Assembly (NCBI GenBank): GCA_030390025.1
Contig: CM059432.1
Coordinates: 66,032,001 to 66,096,000, forward strand
Length of the DNA stretch: 64,000 nucleotides
Source: Squalus acanthias
Taxonomy: Eukaryota
Reading direction: 5' to 3'
The notes under the pieces are model-generated. The model worked only from the letters and a program-made list of their open reading frames with translations. It was not told where the DNA came from and did not search any database. Positions 1-12,400 of the stretch are shown here, in pieces (position 1 is the first letter of the stretch; every line of letters starts with the position of its first letter). Both the position numbers and the translations under genes were made by a program.

Positions 1-3000
1 AGGCCAGACGGGTTGCACCTCAACAGAGCCGGTACCAATATCCTTGCGGGGAGGTTTGCTAGTGCTGTTGGGGAAGGTTTAAATTAAGTTGGCAGGGGAA
101 TGGGCACCAGGATGCAGCATTAGAAAGGAGAAACGAAAGGCACAAAGGATTGTGAGAGACGGATAGCACTAAAATAATAAATAGTAAGGTATTAGGTGGG
201 GTCAGACTAAGAGAGAACGCAGGATATTCTAAGATAGGTTTACAGTGTATATATGTGAACGCACGAAGCATAGTAAACAAGGTTGGAGAGTTGCAGACGC
301 AAATAGCCACATGGGAATATGATGTTGTGGCAATAATGGAGACCTGGCTAAAAAAAGGGCAGGATTGGGTATTAAATATTCCTGGATATAAGGTGTTCAG
401 GAAAGATAAGGAAGGAAAGATAGGAGGTGGTGTGGCATTACTGGTTACGGAGAATGTTACAGTGCTGGAGAAAGAGGATGTCCTGGAGGGGTCAAGGACA
501 GAATCTATATGGCTAGAGTTAAGAAATAATAGAGGTGCCATTACACTACTAGGTGTATTCAATAGGCCACCAACTAGTGGTAAAAATATGGAGGAGCAAA
601 TTTGCAGAGAAATTACAGAGAGATGCAAGAACTATAGAGTAGTGATAATGGGGGACTTCAACTATCCTAACATAGACTGGGATAGTAATAGTGTAAAGGG
701 CAGAAAGGGGGAAGAATTTCTGTAGTATGTTCAGGAGAACTTTCTGGATCAGTATGTTTCTGGCCCAATGAGGAAAGAGGCATTGCTGGATCTGGTTCTG
801 GGGAATGAGATAGGTCAAGTGGAGCAAGTGTCAATAGGTGAACATTTAGGGAACAGTGATCATAGTATCATAAGGTTTGGATTAGCTATGGAAAAGAACA
901 GGGAGCAATCTAGAGTAAAAATATTTAATTGGAGGAAGGCAAATTTCAGTGGGATGAGAACAGATCTGGCCTGGGTAAATTGGAATCAAAGATTGGCAGG
1001 CAAAACTGTAATGCCTTTAAAAAGGAAATAGTTTGGGTACAATCCCACTAGGGGGAAAGGTAGGGCAACTAAAGTCAGAGCTCCCTGGATGACGAATGAG
1101 ATAGAGAGTAAGATGGAGCAGTAAAAGAGCACGTATGACAGATGTCAAGTCGAGAATAAATCTGAGAATCAGGCTAAATATAGAAAGTTCAGAGGAGAAG
1201 TGAAAAAAAAATAAGTGGGGCAAAGAGAGGGTATGAGAATAGAATGGCAGCTAACATAAAAGGTAATCCAAAAGTCTTCTATAGGCATATAAATAGTAAA
1301 CGGGTAGTAAGAGGAGGGGTGGGGCTGATAAGGGACCAAAAAGGAGACCTATGCATGGAGGCAGAAGGTATGGCTGAGGTGCTAAATGAGTACTTTGCAT
1401 CTGTCTTTACCAAGGAAAAAGAAGCTACCATAGACAGAGTGAAGGAGGAAGTAGAGCAGATACAGGATGGGATAAAAATTGATAAAGAGGAGGTATTAGA
1501 AAGGCTGGCTGTACTTAAAGTAGATAAGTCACCAGGACCAGATGGGATGCATCCTAGGACGCTGAGGGAAATGAAGGAAGAAATTGTGGAGGTACTGGCC
1601 ATAATCTTCCAATCCTCCCTAGAAATGGGGGTGGTGTCAGAGGACTGGAGAATTGCAAATGTTACACCCTTGTTCAAAAATGGGTGTAAAGATAAACCCA
1701 GCAACTACAGGCCAGTCAGTTTAACCTCGGTAGTGGGGAAGCTTTTCGAAAAAATAATCAAGGACAAAATTAACAGTCACTTGGACAAGTGTGGATTAAT
1801 TAAGGCAAGCCAGCACGGATTTGTTAAAGGCAAATTGTGTTTAACTAACTTGATTGAGTTTTTTGATGAGGTAACAGAGAGGGTTGATGAGGGCAATGTG
1901 GTTGACGTGGTGTACATAAACTTCCAAAAGGCATTTGACAATGTGCCACATAATAGGCTTGCCAGCAAAGTTGAAGCCCATGGAATAAAAGGGACAGTGG
2001 CAGCATAGATATGAAATTGGCTAAGTGACAGGAAACAGAGTAATGGTGAACGGCTGTTTTTCAGACTGGAGGAAAGTACGCAGTGGTGTTCCCCACAGCT
2101 TTTCTTGATCTATATCAATGACTTAGACTTGGGTGTACAGGGCACAATTTCAAAATTTGCAGATGACACAAAACTTGGAAGTATAGTGAACACTGAGGAG
2201 GATAGTGATAAACTTCAAGAGGACATAGGCAGGCTGGTGGAATGGGCAGACATGTGGCAGATGAAATTTAACACAGAAAAGTGCGAAGTGATACATTTTG
2301 GTAGGAAGAACGAGGAGAGACAATATAAACTGAAGGGTACAATTCTAAAGGGGGTGCATGAACAGAGAGACCTGAAGGTATATGTGCATAGATCGTTGAA
2401 GGTGGGAGGACAGGTTGAGAAAGCAGTTAATAAAGCTTACAGGATCCTGAGCTTCATGAATAGAGGTATAGAGTACAAAAGCATGGAAATTATGAAGAAC
2501 CTGTATAAAACACTGGTTCGGCCTCAACTGGAGTATTGTGTCCAATTTTGGGCACCACACTTTAGGAAGGATGTGAAGGCCTTAGAGAAGGTGCAGAAAA
2601 GATTTACAAGAATGATTCCAGGGATGAGGGACTTCAGTTACGAGGATAGACTGGAGGTGGTTCTCCTTAGAGTAGAGAAGATTGAGAGGAGATTTGATAG
2701 AGGTGTTCAAAATTATGAGGGGTCTGGACAGAGTAGATAGAGAGAAACTGTTCCCATTGACAGAAGGGTCGAGAACCAGAGGACACAGATTTAAGGTAAT
2801 GAGCAAAAGAACCAAAGGCGACATAAGAAAAAACTTTTTACGCAGCGAATGGTTGGGATCTGGAATGCACTGCCTGAAAGGGTAGTGGAGGCAGATTCAA
2901 TCATGGCTTTCAAAAGGGAGTTGGGTAAGTCTCTGAAGGAAAAAAAATTGCAGGGCTATGGGGAAAGACCAGAGGAGTGGGACTAGCTGAAGTGCTCTTG

Positions 3001-3083
3001 CAGAGAGCTGGCATGGGCTCAATAGGCCAAATGGCCTTCTTCCGTGCTGTAACCATTCTATGATTCTATAATTCTATGATTCT
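1..3083 (+). mobile_element. CR1 LINE: end of ORF1 (SGNH esterase-like), disrupted ORF2 (APE endonuclease + RT) and 3' tail
   Basis: Bases 1-87 read RPDGLHLN...GLN*. ORF2 motifs NARSI, VIMGDFN, YRPVSLTS, SQHGF and SKFADD are present with several stops and frameshifts, and QGSVLG is deleted near 2095. Tail is an (ATTCTATG)-like repeat. Confidence 0.95.
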
Positions 3084-3086
3084 AAG

Positions 3087-3595
3087 ATTCACTAGTTACA
3101 GCCTGCCAACTGGAAAATGACCCGTTTATCCCTACTTTCTGTTTTCTGTCCATTAACCAATCCTCTCTCCCTGCTAATATATTACCCCCAACCCCATGAG
3201 CCATTATCTTGCATAACAACCTTTTATGTGGCAACTTATCGAATGCCTTTTGGAAATCCAAATATACTACATCCACTGGTTCCTCTTTATCTACCCTGCT
3301 AGTTACACCCTCAAAAAACTAATACATTTGTTAAACATGATTTCCCTTTCATAAAACCATGTTGACTCTGCCTAATCATATTATGATTTTCTAAATGCCC
3401 TGTTACCACAAATGGATTTCAGCATTTTCCCGACAACTGATATCAGGCTAACTGGCCTGTGGTTCCATGTTTTCCTGTTTTCCCCATCTTTCCCTCCTTT
3501 CTTGAATACCGGGGTTACATTTACCACCTTCCAATCTGCTGGGACCATTCTAGAATCTAGGGAATTTTGGAAGATCACCACCAATGCATCCACCC
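3087..3595 (-). mobile_element. CR1 RT fragments, followed by a C-rich tract (3595-3657)
   Basis: DVVYLDFQKAFDK and VPADWKVVNVTPVFKKG. Confidence 0.85.
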
Positions 3596-4477
3596 TGCCC
3601 CCCCCCCCCCCCCCACTCCCCGCGCCACCCCGCCCCCCCCCCCCACCGCACCCCCACTCATCTGGGTGAAATGATAAGGTGAAATCCATATGCAAAAGAT
3701 ATGATATTTCCTGTCACATTAAAGGTAATATGGTGCCGATTATACTCTGCTTTGTGCCCCAGGAATGCCTATTTCCTGATGCACAGCGGGAAAAAAACAG
3801 ACAGAAATCATTATGGCTGGTCCCTATCTCCTTTGTACTGTATGCACACTTCTGGGTTTTTTCTGAGGAGGCATGGAGCACCTCTTCCTGGATTATCCTG
3901 CTCGTGAGACGGAGTGATGTCAGTACATCTCCCACCTCATTTTCCCGGGTCTCCACCTGGCAGAAGCCCAAATGCAAAGGTGCCCATTGCAAGTGAGCCT
4001 TCCAGATTGGACCCAGACTCCTCAGATTAGAGGATCTGAGAAGGACCTTGATGTGTCGATTGTGGAATTGGCCCAAAAGGTACGTAATTACACATTCAGA
4101 TGATATCGATAAATTGTTCCACTTTCTCCTCAGCGTTTCTAACATTACCTGGATCATGTTATGTTAATGCCTTGTACGACAGTCTTAGCTGTGTGTTATT
4201 CTAAATATAACACAGATAATGCTTCTGCATTAAACAGTTAAAAAAAATACAATTTTTGAGACACATAACATATATTTAGTTTCATTGCATCCACTTTGTT
4301 TGATTTCAACGGGGTGAAAATCAGACGGGTTTTAAATGGGCTGGCGATCCGCTCTGCCAGAGTACTGCCCAAACAGTGAAGGTGAAAATTACCGTTTACT
4401 ACTGACAGGATACCATAACTCTGGCAGCATTGTTTAGACGAGAAAATGAAAGATGGGAACATAAAGTGAGAACATAC

Positions 4478-4579
4478 CTGAGCATTTGGTCTGAGCTTTG
4501 TCCAACCCTTGTGAGATCATTCTGTTTGTCCTGGGATTTAGCCACTTTCTCTGCTGCAGCAATTGGGCAGCCGGAGAGA
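4478..4579 (-). CDS. ST18: ST18 exon completing the second finger (102 nt)
   Basis: tttaatag|(S)LSGCPIAAAEKVAKSQDKQ...DQML(R)|gtatgt. Phase 2 to 2. Confidence 0.94.
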
Positions 4580-5030
4580 CTATTAAACAAAGAAAATCAA
4601 TAAATATAACTTACTTAGGGAGTTACATTAGTTAAGGAGGTATATACAATTACGATATTTCAATCTGGTATCAAACAACTTTCTTGAATAACGTGAGCTA
4701 ATTATGTTTTATAGGAACATTAGGAACAGGAGTAGTCCATTCAGCCCCTCAAGCCTGCTCCACCATTCAATTAGATCATGGCTGATCTGTACCTCAGCTC
4801 CATTTATCTGCCTTTGTTCTATTTCCCTTGATTCCCTTACCTAACAAAAATCTATCTACCTCAATCTTGAAAGCTCCAGTTGCCCTAACATCCACAGTTT
4901 TTTGGGGAGAGTTTCATACTTCTACTACCCATTATGTGAAAAAAATGCTTCATGATTTCACTCCTGAATGGCCTAGCTCTAATTTTAAGATTATGTCCCC
5001 TTGTTCTTGATTCTTCCATCAGAGGACATA

Positions 5031-5767
5031 GGGGGAGAAATTTGGTAACGCCCCGTTTGGGGAGCTAAATTTTGAAAGCTGGAAAAAATAGCGCTAGGCG
5101 CTAATCATTCTCAGCTTTCGCTAAATTCAGTGTTTGCGCTCCAGGAAGGAAGTGGAGCGCTAAATCAAGTGCTACTACTTCCCTTCTGGAGCACTAAACC
5201 AAGCAGGGGGGTGAGGGGGGGCGATGTGCAGTAGAGGTGCAGCGCTGTACAATGATCATTGCAGCGCTGCCGGGATCCGAGGGCTCCTTCCCTCCCTTAA
5301 AGGGAAGGGCCATTGCTGCAGGCTCTGCATTTGAACGATCTCCCTCGTCGCCAACGGCAGCCGGGATCCTCGACGATCAGCCCCAAGCACGCTAACAGAG
5401 TGCAGGGCTGATCAATCGCACCATTTAAAAATGTTCAAAATGCACCCAAAAGGAAGGAAACACATTAATTAGCGCTCCCAAAGTGCCCGGCCTCCCGAAC
5501 AACGCATCCTGCAGCTGTCGGTGTTATCGCCCGCTGATGCTGCAGGGAGCGGAACCGAATTTTGGGTCCAGGGCACTAATGGGGCATTGCGCAGCTGGAG
5601 GATGTCACGATCTCTGGGCGCAGGAGATCGTGGTGCTAGGGGTTACTGCCGCCGCAAACCGCCAGGTGAATTTCGCGGGCGGCGGTAACATCATCGTGCC
5701 CGGGCGATAAGTCGTTAGTGTCCCATTATCGCCCCCCGGAGGCACTAACCAATCGAATTTCTCCCCC
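5031..5767. mobile_element. PIF/Harbinger-type MITE (GC-rich, many GCGCT motifs)
   Basis: TIRs gggggagaaatt / aatttctccccc and a 3-bp TSD (ATA). The host CR1 continues on both sides. Confidence 0.85.
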
Positions 5768-6742
5768 ATAGTTCCTCCATATCTACCCTATCAAATCCTT
5801 TTACCATTTTAAACACCTCGATCAGATCATCCTTCAATCTTCTATACTCAAGGGAATACAAGCCAAGTTTATGCAACCTGTCCTCAGGATTTAACCCTCC
5901 AAGCCCCGTTATCATTCTGGTGAATCTGCACTGCACCCCTCCAAGGCCAATATATCCTTCCTGATGTGCAGTGCCCAAACTGAACGCAGCACTCTAGATG
6001 CGGTCTGACCAAGGCTCTATCCAAATGAAGCATAACTTCCTCCCCTTTGTATTCCAGCCCCATTGAGATAAAGGCCAACATTCCATTAGCCGTTTTGATT
6101 GCTTTTTGTGCCTATCCACTAGCTTTTAATGATTTGTGTACTTGGACTCCCAAATCTCTTTGCACCTCCAATTTCTAATCTCTCACCATTAGGAAATACA
6201 CCGATTTATCTTTCTTAGGTACCTCACACTTCCCCACATTGAACTCCATTTACCATATATTTGCCCACTCACTTAATCTGTCTATGTCCCTTTCTAACTT
6301 TCTACTCCCTTCTACACAACTTTTTCTGCCTCCTAATTTAGTGTCATCTGCAAACTTGGATGCACATCTCTGTTCCATCATATAAATTATTATGTATGAG
6401 GAAAAGCTGAGGACCTAGTACAGATCCTTGCGGAGCACCACTTGTCACATCCAGCTAATCAGAGTACATTCCCTTTATCCCTACTCTCTGTTTCCTGCCT
6501 CTCAAGCAATTACCAACACATGTCACAGGTTACCTCCAATTCCGTGCACTCTCATTTTTGCTAATAATATCTTCTGTGGAAACTTAACAAATGGATTCTG
6601 TCCATATATACAATATACATAGACAGTCCCCTATCCACTATGCTAGCGACATCTTCAATAAAATTGAATTTATTAGTCAGACATGACCTACCCATCACAA
6701 ATCCAGGCTGTCTCTTTTTGACCATGTCATACTTATCACTCT

Positions 6743-8990
6743 GGGCTGGATTTTCCGGGGGGTCAGCGGGCGCGATCGGTGGTGGGTCAGGGTGGGAAAG
6801 TGTTTTTTTTCCCCAGCAGGTTGGGACCCCGCTGTGAACCCGCTACCACACGCGTTTCCCCGATGTTGGGACAGTGATCGCTGAGCAGACCCGACCCATA
6901 GCGGCGGGTTCACAGCGGGGACCCAATTCAGGTAATTAGTGGCTTGTTTAGAACCAATTAAGAATGAATTTCAGCTCACCTTCTGCATTTGGCAGCTCGC
7001 CCACTGGGTCCACGCTGGTCATGGACCACGTCTGTCAAGCTGAGGTGGAAGTTCAGTGGCCACTGAATCAGCTGTTGAGTTGACAGCTTCAAATGTACAG
7101 TAAAAACTCCCACCTGACAGAGATATCTTCTCTCAGCCACAAACTCTTCCTCACTGCATTTCCACAACAGGTTCACCATGCTGCAAGTCTTTACACAAGT
7201 CTCCATCCAGTCTGAGCTCATACTTCTCTCACCATTGACAGATCGCTTCTGTCTTTTCTACTTCACCTGCCAACTATTCCATCAGCATGGGTGCCCTTTA
7301 TACTCTCTCACCATGATCAGCCCCAACACCAGCAGCACCAGGCACACCAGCAGCACCAACAACAACACCAACAACCTTCTCCGCAATTACCTGATGCTGC
7401 ACAGGACACAGGGCATCAGCACCCGGCCACATTGCTGCCCGGGAGGCCAGGGATGGCCTCACCATGGCCAGATTTACTTCACTTGACGCTGTACACCCAT
7501 ATGGCTGCCACATGATGCGCCAGGTTGGCACCGCCCCACACCAACACCATAAAGCATCCCTACAATGCCCAAGCCATTCCTTTCACATTCATGACCATTG
7601 CGGGGGGTACCGTTATGTCTCACCATTCACTGCAACTCACGAAGCCACTTCCAAAGGTGCACACAAATCTGTCCAAGAACACAAAGTGTTGAACATAAAG
7701 GACTGGATTTTCTCAGCCCCGAGGAGGTGGGCATGGAGGCGGGACTGCCGGTAAAGTAGCAGAAAGTGGGGGCAGATGGCAACCCCCCCCCCATCCTGCC
7801 TCCATGCACTTTTGCCAGGAGGCGGGAAGATGTGCTGCTTCGGGTCCCGTCTCCTGAAAGCGGGAAAAGGCATTAAATCTTTTTAACTGCCTGTTAACAG
7901 TCCTGAACACAAGGACTCATCAAACTACAGAGAATGTCAGTGTTTGACAGCTTCACAGAGCTGTCAAACGCTGACATTTCTTCTTTCAAGAAGTCTTGAC
8001 AGATAGCACGTCAGACGTTGACGTGCTCTGTCAGTGACTTCCTCCCTAATTGGCCTGCTGAGCCCGCAGGGCGGGCCTAACAAGGTCAATCAGGGGAAAA
8101 TCCCTCTGGTTGGTCAGATGATGATGGAGGCGGGACATTGACACGACAAGCAGCAGTCCCTGCCTCCAACTCGTCTCCATTGAGAAAATCCAGCCCAAAG
8201 GTTTCAACGTTTGACACCACATTAACAGATACTTTACATGAACATTGCATAAAACGCCCAAGTGCCGACCCTTGTGTGTTGTTAGTTGGTATGATTAGAC
8301 TAGGATGAGGGTGAGTGTGAGGGGTGGCTAGTGAGATGGGGATGTGATTATGTAGATAGAGAGGGATGGGTGGAGGTGCAAGGTAAGCTGGTCTGAGTAA
8401 GGATGTGCAGGAGTAGGGTAGGGAAGGCAGAGTGATGGGGATGTGATGAGAGGCACAGCAGGATGAGGTTGAGTGTGGCTTTGTACTATAGTTTTGTGAT
8501 CTACTGAGATTATTGAAACATTTGCGGCACTGCATCCAGGTCCTCCTGACCACATCCCTGCTTGTGCCCTCCTCTGCAATGTGCAACCAGGCTGTGTTGA
8601 TCTCCTGGGGAGGTCTCTTCCGCCCATGGGAAGGGAAGAGGACCTCCCTGCGTGCTGTGACTCCCTCCATAAGCATATGGAGGGAGTCATGGGAGAGCCT
8701 GGGTGCAGCTGTGCACCTCTGTGCAGTGCTTGTCAGTGTTTGCAGCACCTCAATGCTGTAGAACACTGACAGCACAACTGTCAAAATCAATTTGGCCATG
8801 GTCCCTTTAAGGAAACCGGCTGATAACACGTCATCAAATGACGTCACCAGACCCACTTCCTCTAATTGGCTGGTAAACGCGCTGCGTGGGCTTAACAAGC
8901 CCAATCTAGGGAAATTCATTTCAGAGGCCGGGATGGAGACAGCAGCGGGGTCGGGACCTGCCACCGACATTGCCTGCCACTGACACTAAC
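6743..8990. mobile_element. Non-autonomous Harbinger deletion derivative: Q-rich transposase N-terminus (+), Myb/SANT domain (-)
   Basis: Left TIR gggctggattttcc. The minus ORF contains APRLS...VLFP...AWLHIAE...RTWMQCRKCFNNL. Homologous to 34816-36232 and to the element at 28590-32767. Right TIR not seen. Confidence 0.85.
7700..8196. mobile_element. Harbinger MITE nested in the previous element
   Basis: TIRs ggactggattttc / gaaaatccagccc, TSD AAA. The empty site is visible in the sister copy near 35790. Internally deleted relative of 43017-43861. Confidence 0.88.
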
Positions 8991-11596
8991 GCGTCTGTAG
9001 CTTCCTGGTTTTCCTCTCTGTCCCTTCTTAAATAATAGAGTGATTATTGCCATTTTCCAATCCAAAGGCAGAATTCCTGAATCTAGAGAAACTACACATC
9101 TGCAATTTCCTCACCTCATCTTTTTAATACTCTGGGGTGGAAACCAACAGATCCTGTAGATTTGTCTATCTTACGTCCCATTATTTTCCCCATTGCGATT
9201 TTTTATTCATGTTAAGTCCACAAAATTCCTCCCCTTGACTTATTTTTAAGTTTTCTTTTACCACTGTGAAAATGGTAACAAAGTTTTCATTTAACACGTC
9301 TGACATTTCCTTGTTGTCCACTATAGTCTCACCTGCATCTGTCTTTAATGGGCCCACATTTCTCTTTACCACTCTCTTTCTCTTAATATATTTATAAAGC
9401 TACAGAATGAACTACTCTGAATAGATATCTCTAAGGTGAAAAATCCAAGCTAACACTAGGGATATGCTACAAACCCCAAGTTAGCATAACAAGGAAGATA
9501 AAATGCTCTATGAAGAAATAGAAAGGGTATCTGAGAACAGGAAAGTTTGGGAAAGAACAGGAATGTGAGATTTCAATCCAACAAATATAAACCGGGAAAA
9601 CTCAAGTGTTTTAGAATCAGATGTGGTAAATGTAATACTTGACAGTTTGATGATCAAGTATTTCAAGGAAGCAACAAACTGCACTGCTCATCTTGACTTG
9701 GTATTTGTAAATGATCCAGATAATATACAGGAAATGGAAGTTGTAATAACTTGGGGAACAGCAGCCACAGATTGATAAAGTTTAAGATGATCTGGAAGTC
9801 CGAAATAGCTATGACCAAGAGCCATATATATATAACTTTAAAAAGGCTAAATTCAATAAAATAAGGGAACAACTAAAGCAAATAGATAGGCAAAGGTTGT
9901 TCAACATTTCAGTAGACGACAAGTAAACACTGTTAAAGTTATAATGCTAAGCATGCAGGACAAATACATACTGAAAATCAACAAGCTGAGCCTGAACAAA
10001 TGTGACTGAAAATGGATCAACAAACTAATTAAAAGTGATATAAAGAGGAAAACTGACCTCCATAAATCCTGCAGAAAGGAAAGGGAAGAGGTTCACTGGG
10101 ATAAATATAAGAAAATGCTGAAATTGTCCTTTTTTGTCTACTCTGTATTTTTGGATTACTCTATACCCCTGAATATTCCATTCCATTCCATCCTCGCTGT
10201 TTAGCAACATTTCTGATATTTCTACCACATCAGTTTTCTATTGTCACAACATTTGTCACTCTGGCATTTTATTCCTAATGCTTCTATCATTCATATATAT
10301 ACATCTCATTATAGATTTACCTCATTTCAAGCCCCCTAGTGTCTTCCTATTCCTGGTCTCTGGTTCATGTGTGTCTCTCTGGAATTCTGTGGTCTTACCC
10401 ACCTATTGACTACCTTCTCCCCTGTGATCTGTCTCATCTGGGATTCCGATTCCTTCCTGCTACCTTTCCACCTATCTAATTTAAATTATTCTCAATTGCT
10501 ACCTCAACTTTCTTCACAAGTCTCTTTGTTCCCATTTGGTTTAAGTGTAGCCATCTCTCATGTACCAGTTTTTTGTGTTCTGAAAATTTCCCATTATTAA
10601 TGAAGGTAGTATAATTACTTTCAGATTACATTGCCAGCCGCTCATTAACATCCTCAATTTTCACTGATCTGTGGTTACTCATTTACCAAGTCTAATAATA
10701 GCCATTTGCTCTTAACTATCTGCTCTTTTATGTCTCTTCTTATAAGTTCCTACACCTTCCTCTCTACAGCCATAACCCTTTCTTTAAGCTTGTTGATCAA
10801 TAGGCAGTTTTTGCATCTTTTAGTCTATCTACTAAACCTAGCTTTTTTGTTTGTAAACATACCACAGCAAACGTATCTAATGGCTTCCATCTTAATTTCA
10901 CTTCTCTCTTTTGTTCTACATTAAATCTAACTTTGCTCATTCATCCCTTTTTTGTTTGATTTACATGTGTGCCTCCTATTTCTTTGCCTCTTTCATTTAT
11001 CCCCTATTTAATTAATCTTCAGCACTATTCCAGCACTAGTAAAGAAAACATTGTCAGCTTTATTTGCTTTATTTGTATTCCAACCCCACTTTAGATTATT
11101 TTCTGCCACAGTGTTATCTTTCTATTTGGCAACCATCAACATGTGCCAATTCCGTTTTTGGACAAGCAGCTAGGAACTGCACTGGACTGATTCATGATCC
11201 AATTTCCCCTCATACTTATTTGTTCCATTTGGTTTCAGCTAAACTGGTTGAGTCCATCACTGTATGAGTAACTACAGGGGAGAACCCAGTCCATACCGTT
11301 CCTCAGTGTTGCATGCAAGTGCATTGTGATGCTACACCACTTAGCGCCACTCTATTTTGACTTGCCAGATGCTTCATTTACTTATATCAATTCAGTGGAA
11401 CCTCTACATACAATTAAAAATACAATAAGTGAAGGAGGAACTAGTTGGGCCTAAAAGCCTCCTTCATTTGTATTTTGTTTTGTAATCTTTATGAAATTAC
11501 TTACCACAAGGAAATTAATGAGGAATGAAAGCCTAGTGGAAGTACATTCTGTTGAAAGTAATCACCCACTCCCAGTTCTGTCCTATAAAGATATAT

Positions 11597-12400
11597 CCCT
11601 GGAATTTCAATGCGGGTTCTCTGATGGGAGATCAGTGGAACCCCTAAAGAAATGGTATGAACAGCCTTTCACGCTGTTTCTCCAGGGTATCCGCCAACGT
11701 TATGCAGGAGATTGGGAGAACCCCCATGAAACTCAGGGTCATACAGTGGAATCTGCATATAGCGATCAATTTGAGCACTAGAAGAGGCTGATCACTAGAT
11801 CAGTAGGAAATCTACCAGCAAGATCAGCTGGGCCACACAGCCTCTCTGTCAGATATTGTGATGGTTGAGAGCTTCTGCCAACCAGCTGCCCGACCCACCA
11901 GAGATACAAGATGGACTTGTAGAAGACAATTTTACAGGGAGGCGGGGAGGGTATGGGGGAGACCAAAAGTGGCTGAAGAACCTGACAAGACTGGGGATGC
12001 GGAGGTCCTGCCGAATTTAACGGCAGGACCTCATTATTATTTTTTCCTTCCATTTCTCGCTCGGCTGCTGGCCAAATTGACGGGCTGGTTGAACTTACCT
12101 TCTGGAGCTGGCAGCTCCCGCCTCCATTTCGCTGCCACGTTTCCCAAAACTTGGGAAACCCAGCTGGTAACCATTAAATTTAAATCGGGCTCCCAACTGC
12201 ACTGTGGGAACGTGATTTAAATATGTTAATGAAATGCCCCACCTCTCCAAGATGGGAAACTCGCATGTCTCAATACCCACCACTGTAAGAATGACAGCAG
12301 GCATGTACGCCTCGGGTTGGGGTCGTGTTTCGCATTTTTTAGGGTTTAATCCACCCCCCTCGACCTCCTCCTGCCCATCATGGGGGGATTAATAGCGAAC
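11597..12400. mobile_element. Decayed Harbinger-type non-autonomous element
   Basis: Starts ccctggaattt and shares the ggagaaccc motif with the short MITE family. GC-rich end similar to other Harbinger termini. No TSD resolved. Confidence 0.5.

Larger units (their letters stand above)
4712..10700 (-). mobile_element. Old near-full-length CR1 LINE interrupted by Harbinger-type insertions, with an inverted internal segment
   Basis: 3' end at 4712; RT pieces 5771-6740 (VRPHLECCVQF) and 8997-9395 (YKYIKRKRVVKRNVGPLK); endonuclease start 10125-10310; ORF1 end LHLN...NNLN* at 10476-10550. Joining these into one element is inferred from collinearity. Confidence 0.75.

Noticed and set aside
3714..4157. 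147-aa minus ORF as the next ST18 exon
   Set aside because: No similarity to the expected ST18/MYT1L continuation; identity unknown.
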